Under the pieces are notes generated by a model. The model saw nothing but the letters and a program-made list of their open reading frames with translations. It was not told where the DNA came from and searched no databases. DNA of 61,466 nucleotides, filler included. It is 6 parts of 6 records of this genome, joined end to end, with 100 filler letters (N's around TTAATTAATTAA, not from the genome) between each part and the next. Parts side by side here need not be neighbours in the genome. Positions count along the whole stretch, not along the records: positions 36,704 to 50,163 come from DRR723986_27704; positions 50,264 to 55,843 come from DRR723986_27770; positions 55,944 to 61,466 come from DRR723986_27796; 3 more parts are not named here. One strand, given 5' to 3'. Each line of letters opens with the position of its first letter. Position 1 is the stretch's first letter. This document shows positions 49,951 through 60,808 of this stretch, piece after piece. Both the position numbers and the translations under genes were made by a program.

Positions 49951-50159
49951 AGCCACCGGTTCTCAATTGCAAGGGAAGATAGGCCGGAGGCCGACACATC
50001 ACCTGTGATTGATAACTTGTTGATGCGCGGTTATGTGTCGCCCTCTGGGCTCGGGTGTGTTGCAGTTGTGGCCCGGTGGTTTGCACCACCGGCAATGATT
50101 GCTTCGCTCTCCGGGCTATGATTTATTGCGGAAGGAAACCGCAAGCTTGCGCTTGGCGG
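49951..50159. repeat. REP/MITE-like element, right copy with ~65-nt internal insertion
   Basis: Inverted copy of 36704-36847; insertion at ~50063-50128 contains the palindrome CCGGTGG-TTTGCA-CCACCGG. Confidence 0.88.
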
Positions 50160-50163
50160 CTGA

Positions 50164-50263
50164 NNNNNNNNNNNNNNNNNNNNNNNNNNNNNNNNNNNNN
50201 NNNNNNNTTAATTAATTAANNNNNNNNNNNNNNNNNNNNNNNNNNNNNNNNNNNNNNNNNNNN
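50164..50263. other. Artificial contig linker
   Basis: N-run with TTAATTAATTAA. Confidence 0.98.
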
Positions 50264-50467
50264 CGTCCGCAGTTTTACTTCCGTACGACGGACGTAACGG
50301 GTGCGGTTGAGCTGCCTGAAGGTGTTGAGATGGTGATGCCGGGTGACAACGTTCAGATGGTAGCGACGTTGATAGCCCCGATTGCGATGGAAGAAGGCCT
50401 GCGTTTTGCTATCCGTGAGGGTGGCCGTACGGTAGGCGCTGGCGTCGTCGCCAAGATCATCGAGTAA
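50264..50467 (+). CDS. tuf: Elongation factor Tu, 3' end (not in the ORF track)
   Basis: Translates as [13 protein letters not shown]...EMVMPGDN...[23 protein letters not shown]. Confidence 0.98.
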   Translation, partial: RPQFYFRTTDVTGAVELPEGVEMVMPGDNVQMVATLIAPIAMEEGLRFAIREGGRTVGAGVVAKIIE

Positions 50468-50484
50468 TCTCGATCAGGATCCAG

Positions 50485-50515
50485 AAAAAGCCCGGCAGCC
50501 GCCGGGCTTTTTTTT
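50485..50515. terminator. Bidirectional intrinsic terminator between tuf and the TM2 gene
   Basis: AAAAAGCCCGGC-AGCC-GCCGGGCTTTTTTTT. Confidence 0.88.
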
Positions 50516-50565
50516 GCTTGAGATTTTGTCCTGGGCGATGACCGGACTACCGTCTTGGCCCCGGG

Positions 50566-50964
50566 TCAGTAATCGCGGTTGACCTCTGACAGCTGCTCGT
50601 TGAGGGTGAGAAAGTCCCACAAGATGCCGACCAGGAACAGGCCGCCGGTAAGGAGCCAGAGGATACCAGTGAAGATCTTGCCCATGTAGAAACGGTGGAT
50701 GCCCAGCCAGCCGAGAAAGGTCAGCAGTATCCAGGCCAGGTCATAGTCCACCGGGCCCGCCACATAGCGCCGGTCTGCTTCCCGTGACATAGACGGGATC
50801 AGGAACAGGTCGATGATCCAGCCGACGAACAGCAGCCCGAGGGTGAAGAACCAGATCGTACCGCTGATCTGGCGGCCGTAGTAAAAGCGGTGTGCCCCGA
50901 TGAAGCCGAAGATCCACAGCAGGTAGCCCATGAAAATGGAATGCGATCCGTCTTCCCGCGGCAT
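50566..50964 (-). CDS. TM2 (NINE) domain membrane protein with two repeats
   Basis: GAHRFYYG and GIHRFYMG...TGGLF. Confidence 0.9.
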   Translation of the reverse strand: MPREDGSHSIFMGYLLWIFGFIGAHRFYYGRQISGTIWFFTLGLLFVGWIIDLFLIPSMSREADRRYVAGPVDYDLAWILLTFLGWLGIHRFYMGKIFTGILWLLTGGLFLVGILWDFLTLNEQLSEVNRDY

Positions 50965-51132
50965 CTGGTCTCTCCCTTACTGCACTGGATTCTCATCATG
51001 GTTCGTGGGCGCGGGCCGGTCAACTGCGGTCTGTAGTAATGCGAGCGGCTATACTGATCTGGATCATGGTGGCCGTTGGTGCCGCGGGTAATCTGTGCGC
51101 TGAAAGGCAACATTTATAACCCCGGAGTATTT

Positions 51133-51372
51133 ATGTCAGTAGAACACCACGACCTGATCCACGAGTTTCCCCAGCTGAAGGATAAGATCCACGAGCTGAA
51201 GATTTCAGATGCCCACTTTCGCTCGCTGTTCGACGAGTACCACAAGCTCACCCGCAGCATTGAAAACATGGAAAACGAAGTCACGCCGGTGGCCACGCAT
51301 ACGGAAGAAGAAGCCAAGATACGCCGGGTGCACCTGAAGGATGAACTGTATCGCATGCTGACGGCGGCGTGA
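51133..51372 (+). CDS. YdcH/DUF465 family protein
   Basis: HDLIHEFP...IHELK..DAHF..LF..YH...LKDELY; start MSVEH. Confidence 0.85.
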   Translation: MSVEHHDLIHEFPQLKDKIHELKISDAHFRSLFDEYHKLTRSIENMENEVTPVATHTEEEAKIRRVHLKDELYRMLTAA

Positions 51373-51381
51373 GGACTGGTC

Positions 51382-51696
51382 ATGGCGTATGAAAACCTGA
51401 GAGCAGACCTGGAAAGTCGCCTGCAGGCGATGCAGGCCCGATTGGCCAGCATCAAGAAAGACGTTACCCAGAGCCACTCCGGGGATTCTGCCGAGCAGGC
51501 CCAGGAGCGTGAGAATGACGAGGTGGTGGATGCTATAGGTAATGAGACTGCCCAGAGCATCCGCGATCTCCAGGCCGCCCTGGCGCGCATTGATGAGGGT
51601 AGCTACGGTGTTTGCGATGCCTGCGGGGGAGACATCGGCGCGGCGCGCCTGCAGGTCGTCCCGGAGGCCACTCGCTGCGTTGACTGCGCCGACTAG
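51382..51696 (+). CDS. TraR/DksA C4 zinc-finger protein
   Basis: DSAEQA coiled-coil tip; ALARIDEGSYGVCDACG...RL..P.A..CVDC. Confidence 0.9.
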   Translation: MAYENLRADLESRLQAMQARLASIKKDVTQSHSGDSAEQAQERENDEVVDAIGNETAQSIRDLQAALARIDEGSYGVCDACGGDIGAARLQVVPEATRCVDCAD

Positions 51697-51903
51697 CGCG
51701 CCTGTCAATGTACCGGCGCCGCGCCGGGTTACTTACTCATCCCTCCGTTAAAATGATGCCGCTCTTATAGGTTTCCACCCCGCTCAAGATATATCCTCTG
51801 GTTATATCAGGGCTCAGAACAGCCCTGGTTCTCGTCTCACGGGCGGCGGCAATGGGCCCCCGGGAAACCGCCGCAATTACCAGAAATAATCAGGAAATCT
51901 GGC

Positions 51904-51932
51904 TTGACAGGGTTGGGGGCGATCTTTAGAAT
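51904..51932 (+). promoter_or_regulatory. S10 operon sigma70 promoter TTGACA-17bp-TAGAAT
   Basis: Near-consensus boxes with a 17-nt spacer and TCGCG discriminator. Confidence 0.85.
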
Positions 51933-51998
51933 TCGCGTTCCTTTTTCGGGGGGTCCCTTGGCGGGCCTCTGGTTTTTTACTGATTGGAGTTAGGTCAG

Positions 51999-52310
51999 GT
52001 GCAGAATCAACGCATTCGTATACGCCTTAAGGCTTTTGACCATCGCCTGATAGATACGTCTACTCAGGAGATCGTGGAAACTGCGCGCCGTACCGGCGCC
52101 CAGGTCAAGGGCCCGATCCCCCTTCCTACCCGGAAGGAAAAGTACACCGTGCTGGTTTCACCGCACGTTAATAAGGATGCACGTGACCAGTACGAAATTC
52201 GTACCCACAAGCGTCTGTTGGACATCGTGGAGCCTACCGAGAAGACGGTAGACGCCCTGATGAAGTTGGACCTGGCAGCAGGTGTTGAAGTACAGATCAG
52301 TCTTGGTTAA
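51999..52310 (+). CDS. rpsJ: 30S ribosomal protein S10
   Basis: [41 protein letters not shown] start. Confidence 0.99.
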   Translation: MQNQRIRIRLKAFDHRLIDTSTQEIVETARRTGAQVKGPIPLPTRKEKYTVLVSPHVNKDARDQYEIRTHKRLLDIVEPTEKTVDALMKLDLAAGVEVQISLG

Positions 52311-52429
52311 CGACATTTCGTAACAAGACCTGCCCCCTGCCCTGGCAGTGGGGTGTGTAACGCCCAGTCCTTCGATTAGAACGGGGCGGCCATAGAGGGT
52401 GTAGCCCCGTACACTGAGAGGTTAGCAAA

Positions 52430-53065
52430 ATGACTATTGGCTTAGTCGGCCGGAAGTCCGGTATGACGCGCGTTTTCACCGAAGATGGCGCATCAATTCC
52501 AGTAACCGTAGTGGAGGTTTCTCCAAACCGCGTTACTCAAATCAAAGAGCTCGATAGCGATGGCTATCGCGCAATCCAGGTCACTGCGGGAACCCGCAAG
52601 GCCTCGAAAGTGAGTAAATCCGAAGCAGGGCACTTTGCCAAGGCAGGTGTCGAAGCGGGTAACGGTTTGTGGGAATTCCGCCTTGAGGCGGGTGACGAGG
52701 CGCCAGAAGTAGGCGCTGAACTGACTGTTGAGCGTTTCGAGCCCGGCCAGAAGGTCGATGTGGCTGGCAAATCCAAGGGCAAGGGCTTCCAGGGCGTTAT
52801 CAAGCGCTGGAACTTCAAAACCCAGGACGCCACGCACGGTAACTCGCTGTCTCACCGTGCCCCCGGTTCTATTGGCCAGTGCCAGACCCCGGGTCGCGTG
52901 TTCAAGGGCAAGAAAATGTCCGGCCACATGGGTGCTGCAAATGTCACTACCCAGGGCCTGGAGATTGTCCGTGTAGATGCCGAGCGCAACCTGCTGCTCA
53001 TCAAGGGTGCCGTCCCCGGCGCGCCCGGCGGCGACGTTATCGTACGTCCCGCGGTCAAGGCTTAG
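52430..53065 (+). CDS. rplC: 50S ribosomal protein L3
   Basis: [22 protein letters not shown]. Confidence 0.99.
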   Translation: MTIGLVGRKSGMTRVFTEDGASIPVTVVEVSPNRVTQIKELDSDGYRAIQVTAGTRKASKVSKSEAGHFAKAGVEAGNGLWEFRLEAGDEAPEVGAELTVERFEPGQKVDVAGKSKGKGFQGVIKRWNFKTQDATHGNSLSHRAPGSIGQCQTPGRVFKGKKMSGHMGAANVTTQGLEIVRVDAERNLLLIKGAVPGAPGGDVIVRPAVKA

Positions 53066-53082
53066 GTTAGGGGGTCTCTAAC

Positions 53083-53700
53083 GTGGAATTGAGTGTAGTA
53101 AAGCCAGGCAACGCAGCGGCGGGTACCGTATCCGTCTCCGACGTCGCCTTTGCTCGCGAATACAACGAGGACCTGGTTCACCAGGTCGTAACAGCGTTTC
53201 TCGCCGGCGCCCGTCAGGGTACCCGTGCACAGAAGAATCGCGCTGCGGTCAGCGGTGGCGGCAAGAAGCCCTGGCGCCAGAAAGGCACCGGTCGCGCCCG
53301 TGCGGGAACCATCCGTTCGCCTATCTGGCGTAGCGGTGGTGTGACCTTTGCGGCCCAGCCGCAGGATCACTCGCAGAAGGTGAACCGCAAAATGTACCGC
53401 GCCGCCCTGCGGTCCATTCTCTCCGAGCTGGCCCGTCAGGAACGCCTGCTGGTCGTTGAGAGCATGGATCTTGAGGCGCCGAAGACCAAGCTGCTGGTCA
53501 AGCAGCTGGGCGAGTACGGTGTTGATAACGTGCTGATCGTGTCTGAGGAGGTGGGTGAGAACCTGTACCTCGCGGCCCGTAACCTGCACAAGGTAGACGT
53601 ACGCGATGTTGCCGGCGTGGATCCTGTCAGCCTGATTGCCTACGACAAGGTGATGGTGACGGTCGACGCGGTGAAGAAGATCGAGGAGATGCTGGGATGA
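53083..53700 (+). CDS. rplD: 50S ribosomal protein L4
   Basis: [14 protein letters not shown]. Confidence 0.99.
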   Translation: MELSVVKPGNAAAGTVSVSDVAFAREYNEDLVHQVVTAFLAGARQGTRAQKNRAAVSGGGKKPWRQKGTGRARAGTIRSPIWRSGGVTFAAQPQDHSQKVNRKMYRAALRSILSELARQERLLVVESMDLEAPKTKLLVKQLGEYGVDNVLIVSEEVGENLYLAARNLHKVDVRDVAGVDPVSLIAYDKVMVTVDAVKKIEEMLG

Positions 53701-53993
53701 ACCAGGAGAGAATTTTCCAAGTACTGACCGGCCCGCACGTCTCCGAGAAGGCAGCGATCGCCGCCGACCAGAACAACCAGTACGTGTTCCGTGTTGCCGT
53801 AGACGCGACCAAGGCCGAAATCAAAAAGTCGGTCGAGCAGCTGTTCAAGGTCAAGGTGGACAACGTTCGGACCCTGAAGGTCAAAGGCAAGGTGAAGCGT
53901 AACCGTTATGGTTTGAGCACCAAGTCGACCTGGAAAAAGGCGTATGTGCGGCTGGAGCAAGGTCAAGACATCGACTTTGCGTCAGTTGAGTAA
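53697..53993 (+). CDS. rplW: 50S ribosomal protein L23
   Basis: PHVSEK, ATKAEIK, WKKAYV. Confidence 0.98.
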   Translation: MNQERIFQVLTGPHVSEKAAIAADQNNQYVFRVAVDATKAEIKKSVEQLFKVKVDNVRTLKVKGKVKRNRYGLSTKSTWKKAYVRLEQGQDIDFASVE

Positions 53994-54006
53994 GGAGTAG
54001 TTTCCA

Positions 54007-54834
54007 ATGGCAGTAATGAAGAGCAAGCCCACTTCCCCCGGACGCCGCCATGTCGTGCGCGTCACCGGTGAAGGCCTCCACAAGGGCGCCCCGTACAAGC
54101 CGCTGCTGGAACCACAGTCGCGCAACGGTGGCCGTAACAATAATGGCCGGATTACCACCCGCCATATTGGTGGTGGCCACAAGCAGCATTACCGGCTTAT
54201 CGATTTCAAGCGCACCAAGGACGGTATCCCGGCCAAGGTAGAGCGTATTGAATACGATCCCAACCGCACGGCTCACATCGCCCTGCTGTTGTTCACCGAT
54301 GGCGAGCGTCGCTACATCATTGCGCCTCGTGGTGTCCAGGCTGGCGATATTCTGCAGTCCGGTCCAGCGGCTCCGATCAAGGCGGGTAACTGCCTGCCGC
54401 TGCGCAATATCCCTGTGGGCTCGGTAATCCACGCGCTGGAGCTCAAGCCAGGCAAAGGTGCGCAGCTGGCGCGCTCTGCTGGCGCCTCTGTGCAGCTGGT
54501 TGCCCGTGAAGGCCAGTACGCAACCGTGCGTCTGCGCTCCGGCGAAATGCGCAAGATCCCTTCGGATTGCCGCGCGACCCTGGGCGAGGTATCAAATTCC
54601 GAGCACAGCCTGCGCAAACTGGGTAAAGCCGGTGCCGCTCGCTGGCGTGGTGTTCGCCCGACCGTTCGCGGTGTGGCGATGAACCCGGTCGATCACCCGC
54701 ATGGTGGTGGTGAAGGCCGTACTTCCGGTGGCCGTCATCCGGTCAGCCCGTGGGGTACCCCGACCAAGGGTTACAAGACTCGCAAGAACAAGCGCACTAA
54801 CGATTTGATCGTGCGCCGTCGTGGTAAGAAGTAA
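54007..54834 (+). CDS. rplB: 50S ribosomal protein L2
   Basis: [23 protein letters not shown]. Confidence 0.99.
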   Translation: MAVMKSKPTSPGRRHVVRVTGEGLHKGAPYKPLLEPQSRNGGRNNNGRITTRHIGGGHKQHYRLIDFKRTKDGIPAKVERIEYDPNRTAHIALLLFTDGERRYIIAPRGVQAGDILQSGPAAPIKAGNCLPLRNIPVGSVIHALELKPGKGAQLARSAGASVQLVAREGQYATVRLRSGEMRKIPSDCRATLGEVSNSEHSLRKLGKAGAARWRGVRPTVRGVAMNPVDHPHGGGEGRTSGGRHPVSPWGTPTKGYKTRKNKRTNDLIVRRRGKK

Positions 54835-54873
54835 CCACGGTCGCTAGTAGCTGAAGATTAGAGGAAAAAGATA

Positions 54874-55149
54874 GTGCCGCGTTCATTGAAGAAAGGCCCG
54901 TTTATCGACCTTCACCTGATGAAGAAGGTTGAAGCAGCGATAGAAAGCAACGACCGTCGCCCGATCAAGACCTGGTCGCGTCGGTCAATGGTTTCACCGG
55001 ATATGGTTGGCCTGACGATCGCCGTTCACAACGGTCGTCAGCACGTCCCGGTTCTGATCAACGAAGACATGGTTGGCCACAAGCTTGGCGAATTTGCGGC
55101 TACGCGCACGTTCAAAGGGCACATCGTGGACAAGAAGGCCAAGCGCTAA
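54874..55149 (+). CDS. rpsS: 30S ribosomal protein S19
   Basis: [15 protein letters not shown]. Confidence 0.99.
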   Translation: MPRSLKKGPFIDLHLMKKVEAAIESNDRRPIKTWSRRSMVSPDMVGLTIAVHNGRQHVPVLINEDMVGHKLGEFAATRTFKGHIVDKKAKR

Positions 55150-55175
55150 GCGCTCGGGCAAGCGAGGATTTGGAA

Positions 55176-55514
55176 ATGGAAGTAGCAGCAAGACTGAAGG
55201 GCGCGCGCATCTCCGCGCAGAAAGCTCGCCTGGTTGCTGACCAGGTTCGCGGCCTGCCGGTTGAGGAAGCACTCAACCTGCTGGAGTTCAGCCCGAAGAA
55301 GGCGGCGCATCTGGTCAAGAAAGTACTGAACTCGGCGATTGCCAATGCCGAAAACAACGAAGGTGCCGACGTCGACGAACTGAAGGTGTCGAGCATCTAT
55401 GTAGATGAAGGTATGACGATGAAGCGTCTGCGTCCGCGAGCCAAAGGCCGCGCCGACCGCATTTTCAAGCGCAGCTGTCATATCACCGTGAAAGTCGCAG
55501 ACGGCGAAGACTAA
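55176..55514 (+). CDS. rplV: 50S ribosomal protein L22
   Basis: [20 protein letters not shown]. Confidence 0.98.
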   Translation: MEVAARLKGARISAQKARLVADQVRGLPVEEALNLLEFSPKKAAHLVKKVLNSAIANAENNEGADVDELKVSSIYVDEGMTMKRLRPRAKGRADRIFKRSCHITVKVADGED

Positions 55515-55532
55515 GGTTTAGGAGAAGACCAT

Positions 55533-55843
55533 ATGGGTCAGAAAGTACATCCCACCGGCATCCGACTGGGTATCGTCAAGGATCATACCTCGGTCTGGTA
55601 CGCGGACAGCAAGAACTACGCCAAGCAGTTGATTACTGATCTGGAAGCGCGTGCGTTCATCGAGAAGACGCTGGACCACGCATCCGTCAGCCGGGTTGTC
55701 ATTGAGCGGCCTGCCCAGACTGCACGCATTACGATCCACACGGCTCGTCCGGGCATCGTTATTGGTAAGAAGGGTGAGGATGTAGATGGCCTGCGCAAGG
55801 TGTTGGCCGAGAAGATGGGTGTGCCTGTGCACATCAACATCGA
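55533..55843 (+). CDS. rpsC: 30S ribosomal protein S3, partial
   Basis: [21 protein letters not shown]. Confidence 0.98.
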
Positions 55844-55943
55844 NNNNNNNNNNNNNNNNNNNNNNNNNNNNNNNNNNNNNNNNNNNNTTAATTAATTAAN
55901 NNNNNNNNNNNNNNNNNNNNNNNNNNNNNNNNNNNNNNNNNNN
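55844..55943. other. Artificial contig linker
   Basis: N-run with TTAATTAATTAA. Confidence 0.98.
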
Positions 55944-56047
55944 CCCCCGGAAGTGAATGTGCGCCGAAGGCGCTCCACGGGATCAGGCGCCGAAGAGCGA
56001 TCCGCACAGGCGCCGCCGCCCGCTGCGTGATCGCTTGAAGCGCGCGG

Positions 56048-58300
56048 CTAGCGCGCCGGGCCCGGCTTCGCGGCGACCACCGAGTCCATATCCGGCGCCG
56101 GCTCGAGCCGGACCCGCGCGCCCCCGGCGCTGGCGCCCTGCGACAGCTCGGAACTGCCCGCATCGCGGGTCAGCGTGTTGGGGTTTCCGCCGCAGTCGAT
56201 CAGCCGCCCGTCGACGCGCAGGGGCCTGTACCAGCCGCCCGTGGGCAATTCCACATGGCCGGGGGCCAGCCGGTCGTCGGCCTCGAGCGCGACCAGCACG
56301 GCGCCGCGGTCGTTGCTCAGCAGGGCAGGGGCCCCGGCGGTCAGGCCGGCGGCGCGAATGTCGTCGGGATGGGCGCGGGCGACCTCGAGCCCCCCCCGCC
56401 GGGCGCGCTCCGCGATCGGCGCGCCGTCGAGCTGGCTGTGCAGGCGCTGCGCCGGTTGCGGCGACAGCAGGCGCAGGGGCAGGGCGGGATCCTCGGCCGC
56501 GTCGCTGGGCGCCACATGGGTCAGGGGCGCGCCCAGACGGGCATCGGCGGCGCGCATCCGGGCGGGCATCAGCTCGATCAGCCCGCTGGGGGTGTCCAGC
56601 GGACAGGCCCGGGGGTCGGCGCGGAAGGCCTCCAGCGGCTGGATCACCTCTTCGGGCGCGGGATCGGCCAGCCGCGCGTGGCCCGTGGCGCAAAAGCTTT
56701 CCCACGCGGGCAGTTCGGGAAAGGCGTCGCGATAGCCCGCGTAGAGCGTCGCGATCCATTCGGCCTCGGTCTTTCCGCCCCGAAAGGCTTCGGCGAGGCC
56801 GAGGTGGCCGGCGATGCGGGCAAGCACGGCATGGTCGGTTTCGATCCCGGCGGGCGGCTCCGTCACCTTGGTGGAGCGGATGATCCAGTCGTCCCGAGAG
56901 GCGGCGGCGATGTCGCAGCGTTCCGAGGGCAGGGCCGACGGAAAGACGAGGTCGGCGCGCTGCGCCGTCGCGGTCCAGACGCTGTCCTGCACGATCACGG
57001 TTTCGGGGCGTTTCCACGCCCGGGCCAGCCGGTTCAGGTCCTGATGGTGGTGGAAGGGATTGCCGCCCGCCCACCAGACCAGCCGGATGTCGGGCAGGGT
57101 CAGCAGGGCGCCGTCGTAGGCGATCGTCTCGCCCGGGCGTTCCAGCATCTCGGTGATGCGGGCCACGGGGATGAAGTCGGACACCGGGTTCCTGCCCTGT
57201 TCGAAGGCCGGGCCGCGCAGCCGGCGCAGCGGGTTGCCGACCGAGGAGACCGCCGACAGCCCGCAGGCCAGCCCGCAGCCCGGACGGCCGATCTGGCCCG
57301 ACAGCACCGCCAGCACCAGCGCGGCCCAATAGGGTTGCTCTCCGCCGACCGCGCGTTGCAGGGACCATGAGAGGTTGATGAGCGCGGGCCCCTCGACCAG
57401 CGCGCGGGCCAGCCGGGTCAGGGTCTCGGCCGGGATCCCGGTCAGCGGCGCCGCCCAGTCCGGGCTCCGCGCCAGCCCGTCGGCATGGCCGAGGATCAGC
57501 GCTTCGAGGTCGTCGTATCCGGCGGCGAGCCGCCGCACGGCGGCCTCTTCCACGAGGCCCTCGCGGATCAGCACATGGGCCATGGCCAGCATCGCGCAAG
57601 CGTCGGTGCCGGCGTTGATCGCAAGATGATCCCCCTGCGGCGCGTCGCGGCGATCGGGAGAGAGCGTCAGCATCCGCCCCCCCGCCTGTGCGAAGGCCGC
57701 CAGCCAGCCCTTGGTGCGATGCGCGCCGGTGCCCCCGGCCTCGACCTGTGCGTTGGACAGCCTCATGCCGCCGAAGGACAGGATGAGGGGGCGCGCGGCC
57801 ACGATCCGGTCCCAGGTCGGGTTGAGGGCGCCGGGATCGGCATAGGCGGCCCCGACGAGATGCGGGATCAGCACTTTCGCGGTGCCGTAGCTGTAGGTGT
57901 TGCGGGCCGAGACGAAGCCGCCCGCAAGGGTGAGGAACCGTTTCAGCTGGCTTTGCGGATGGTGAAAGCGCCCGGCAGAGCCCCAGCCGTAGGAGCCGCC
58001 GAAAATCGCGCGGTTGCCGTGGGTGCGGCGCACCCGGTCCAGTTCGGCGGCGGCCATTGCGCAGGCGCGCTCTATCGAGAGGGGGACGAAGGCATCCTCG
58101 CCGCGCGCGGCGCCGCCATCGCCGTCCAGCCAGCCCCGGCGGGCCATGGGCTGCCGAATGCGCGTCGGATGGTCGGCGATGGCAAGGAAGCCCTCGCCAA
58201 GCGCCGAGGGCGCCGGGTCATGGCGGAAGGGACGCAACCGGGGCCCTGTGCCCTGCCGGTCGATCTCGTAGGTTCCGAAATGGCTGGCGAAGAGGTCCAT
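56048..58300 (-). CDS. Molybdopterin oxidoreductase, BisC/TorA/DMSO reductase type III, no Tat signal
   Basis: ASHFG, RIRQPMARRGW, GGSYGWGSAGRFHH, TYS (Ser ligand), WSLQR, AGGNPFHHHQD, RLHSQ, GNPNTLT; start MDLFA after GAGGA. Confidence 0.88.
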   Translation of the reverse strand: MDLFASHFGTYEIDRQGTGPRLRPFRHDPAPSALGEGFLAIADHPTRIRQPMARRGWLDGDGGAARGEDAFVPLSIERACAMAAAELDRVRRTHGNRAIFGGSYGWGSAGRFHHPQSQLKRFLTLAGGFVSARNTYSYGTAKVLIPHLVGAAYADPGALNPTWDRIVAARPLILSFGGMRLSNAQVEAGGTGAHRTKGWLAAFAQAGGRMLTLSPDRRDAPQGDHLAINAGTDACAMLAMAHVLIREGLVEEAAVRRLAAGYDDLEALILGHADGLARSPDWAAPLTGIPAETLTRLARALVEGPALINLSWSLQRAVGGEQPYWAALVLAVLSGQIGRPGCGLACGLSAVSSVGNPLRRLRGPAFEQGRNPVSDFIPVARITEMLERPGETIAYDGALLTLPDIRLVWWAGGNPFHHHQDLNRLARAWKRPETVIVQDSVWTATAQRADLVFPSALPSERCDIAAASRDDWIIRSTKVTEPPAGIETDHAVLARIAGHLGLAEAFRGGKTEAEWIATLYAGYRDAFPELPAWESFCATGHARLADPAPEEVIQPLEAFRADPRACPLDTPSGLIELMPARMRAADARLGAPLTHVAPSDAAEDPALPLRLLSPQPAQRLHSQLDGAPIAERARRGGLEVARAHPDDIRAAGLTAGAPALLSNDRGAVLVALEADDRLAPGHVELPTGGWYRPLRVDGRLIDCGGNPNTLTRDAGSSELSQGASAGGARVRLEPAPDMDSVVAAKPGPAR

Positions 58301-58368
58301 TGCGCGTTCCTCGGAGGATGGCACCGCGGGCGGGCAGAGGCCGCCGCCCGCCCGCGGATGGGGTGGGA

Positions 58369-59856
58369 TCAGTCCGCCGGGGCCATGTCGAAGGCGCGCA
58401 GCCAGTCGTCGCCGCGGGCCGCGTAGCTGACGCGGGTCGAGACGCCATAGGTCGCCGGCTGGGCGTAGAGGAAGACCACGGGGGCCTCTTCGCACATGAT
58501 CTCGGTCGCCTTGCGGTAGGCGGCCTCGCGCGCGGCGGGCTCCGTGGTGGCGATGCCGGCGACCAGCTGTTCGTCGAAGGCCGCGTCGTTCCAGTAGGCA
58601 TACTGGTTGCCGGGCTTGAACAGGGTCAGCAGGCCGTCGGCGTCGATGGTCGGCCAGGCCTGACCCAGCAGGGACAGGCGACCGAGGTCATGCGCCTTGC
58701 GGTACTTGTCGAGGTAGGCGCCGAATTCCATCGTCTGGATCTCTGTCTTCACGCCGACGTCGCCGAACATCTGCGCGACGGCCTGCGTCACCTCCTCGCC
58801 CTGCAGGTAGGTGGCCGAGGGCAGTTCGAATTCGATGGTCTGGCTCAGGTCGACGCCGGATTCCGCCAGCAGTTCGCGGGCCTTCTCCGGGTCGTAGGGG
58901 TAGGGCTTCAGGTCGGGGTTGTAGCCGAAGTAGTCGGGCGTCATCGCCTGACAGGCCGACACGGTGGCCAGCCCGTCGAAGAGGGCATCGGCGATCAGCT
59001 CCTTGTCGACGGCGTAGTTCAGCGCCTGCCGGAAGAGCTTGTTGTCGAGCGGGGCCTTCTCGGTGTTGAACTTGATGAAGACCGAGCGGGTGCTGTCGAC
59101 CGCGCCGGCGGTGGCATTGGGGCTGGCGTCGATTCGGGCGATCTCGGAGGCGGGGACCTTGTTGATGAGGTCGACCTCGCCGGCCATCAGCGCGGCGATC
59201 CGGCTGGCGGTCTCGGGGATCACGCGGAAGGTGACGCTGTCGAAGTCCGCGGCCTCGCCCCAGAAATCGGGGTTCGGCGACAGGGTGATGTGATCGCCCG
59301 GCACGTAGTCCGAGATCTGGTAGGCATAGCCCGACATGGTCTCTGTCACCGGGTCGTGCGCGGCGGCCCATTCCGGCGGCAGCAGCATGAACATCGACAG
59401 CTGCGCGGGCAGCGCCGGGTAGGGCGAGGAGGTGGTGATCTCGAACTCGGTGGGGGAGATCACGGTGACGCCGTCGATCTGCGAGAACCACGACGAGATG
59501 CGCATGGGGTTGTCGGGGTCGGTCACCCGGGCGATGTTCCACGCGACGGTTTCGGCGTCCAGCGGCTCGCCGTTGGCGAAGGTGGCGCCCTCGGTCAGGG
59601 TGAACCGCCATGTGTTGTCGTCCACCGCTTCCCAGCCGGTCGCCAGCGAGGGTTGCAGCGAATAGTCGGGGGCGCGCAGGATCAGCGTCGGGTAGATGTG
59701 GCTGAGGACCGAAAGGTCGAGCCCCACCGAGGCGGAGCCGTGCGGGTCCAGCGTGTTGACGGCGGAGGTCAGCGCGATGGTCACGTCCATCGCGGAGACC
59801 GGCAGGGCCAGCATGGTGGCCGTGGCGGTGGTCGTCAGGAGTTTCGAGAGCGTCAT
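58369..59856 (-). CDS. ABC transporter substrate-binding protein, family 5 (Opp/Dpp)
   Basis: Signal peptide; TLDPH, PSLATGW, RQALNYAVD, YDPEKARELL. Confidence 0.93.
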   Translation of the reverse strand: MTLSKLLTTTATATMLALPVSAMDVTIALTSAVNTLDPHGSASVGLDLSVLSHIYPTLILRAPDYSLQPSLATGWEAVDDNTWRFTLTEGATFANGEPLDAETVAWNIARVTDPDNPMRISSWFSQIDGVTVISPTEFEITTSSPYPALPAQLSMFMLLPPEWAAAHDPVTETMSGYAYQISDYVPGDHITLSPNPDFWGEAADFDSVTFRVIPETASRIAALMAGEVDLINKVPASEIARIDASPNATAGAVDSTRSVFIKFNTEKAPLDNKLFRQALNYAVDKELIADALFDGLATVSACQAMTPDYFGYNPDLKPYPYDPEKARELLAESGVDLSQTIEFELPSATYLQGEEVTQAVAQMFGDVGVKTEIQTMEFGAYLDKYRKAHDLGRLSLLGQAWPTIDADGLLTLFKPGNQYAYWNDAAFDEQLVAGIATTEPAAREAAYRKATEIMCEEAPVVFLYAQPATYGVSTRVSYAARGDDWLRAFDMAPAD

Positions 59857-59896
59857 GGTCGTTTTCCCTGTGGTGGAGGTTATGGCCTTTGCAGCC

Positions 59897-60804
<908 letters not shown>

Positions 60805-60808
<4 letters not shown>

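Noticed and set aside
36704..50163. Composite transposon interpretation of the terminal inverted repeats
   Set aside because: No transposase, housekeeping cargo (mnmA), diverged copies, both at contig ends as expected for assembly breaks
51808..51875. Short hairpins upstream of the S10 promoter
   Set aside because: 7-bp GC stems without T-tails; expected by chance
10795..55943. Five identical TTAATTAATTAA motifs inside N-runs
   Set aside because: Artificial concatenation spacers, not biological repeats; no cross-linker gene neighbourhood should be interpreted
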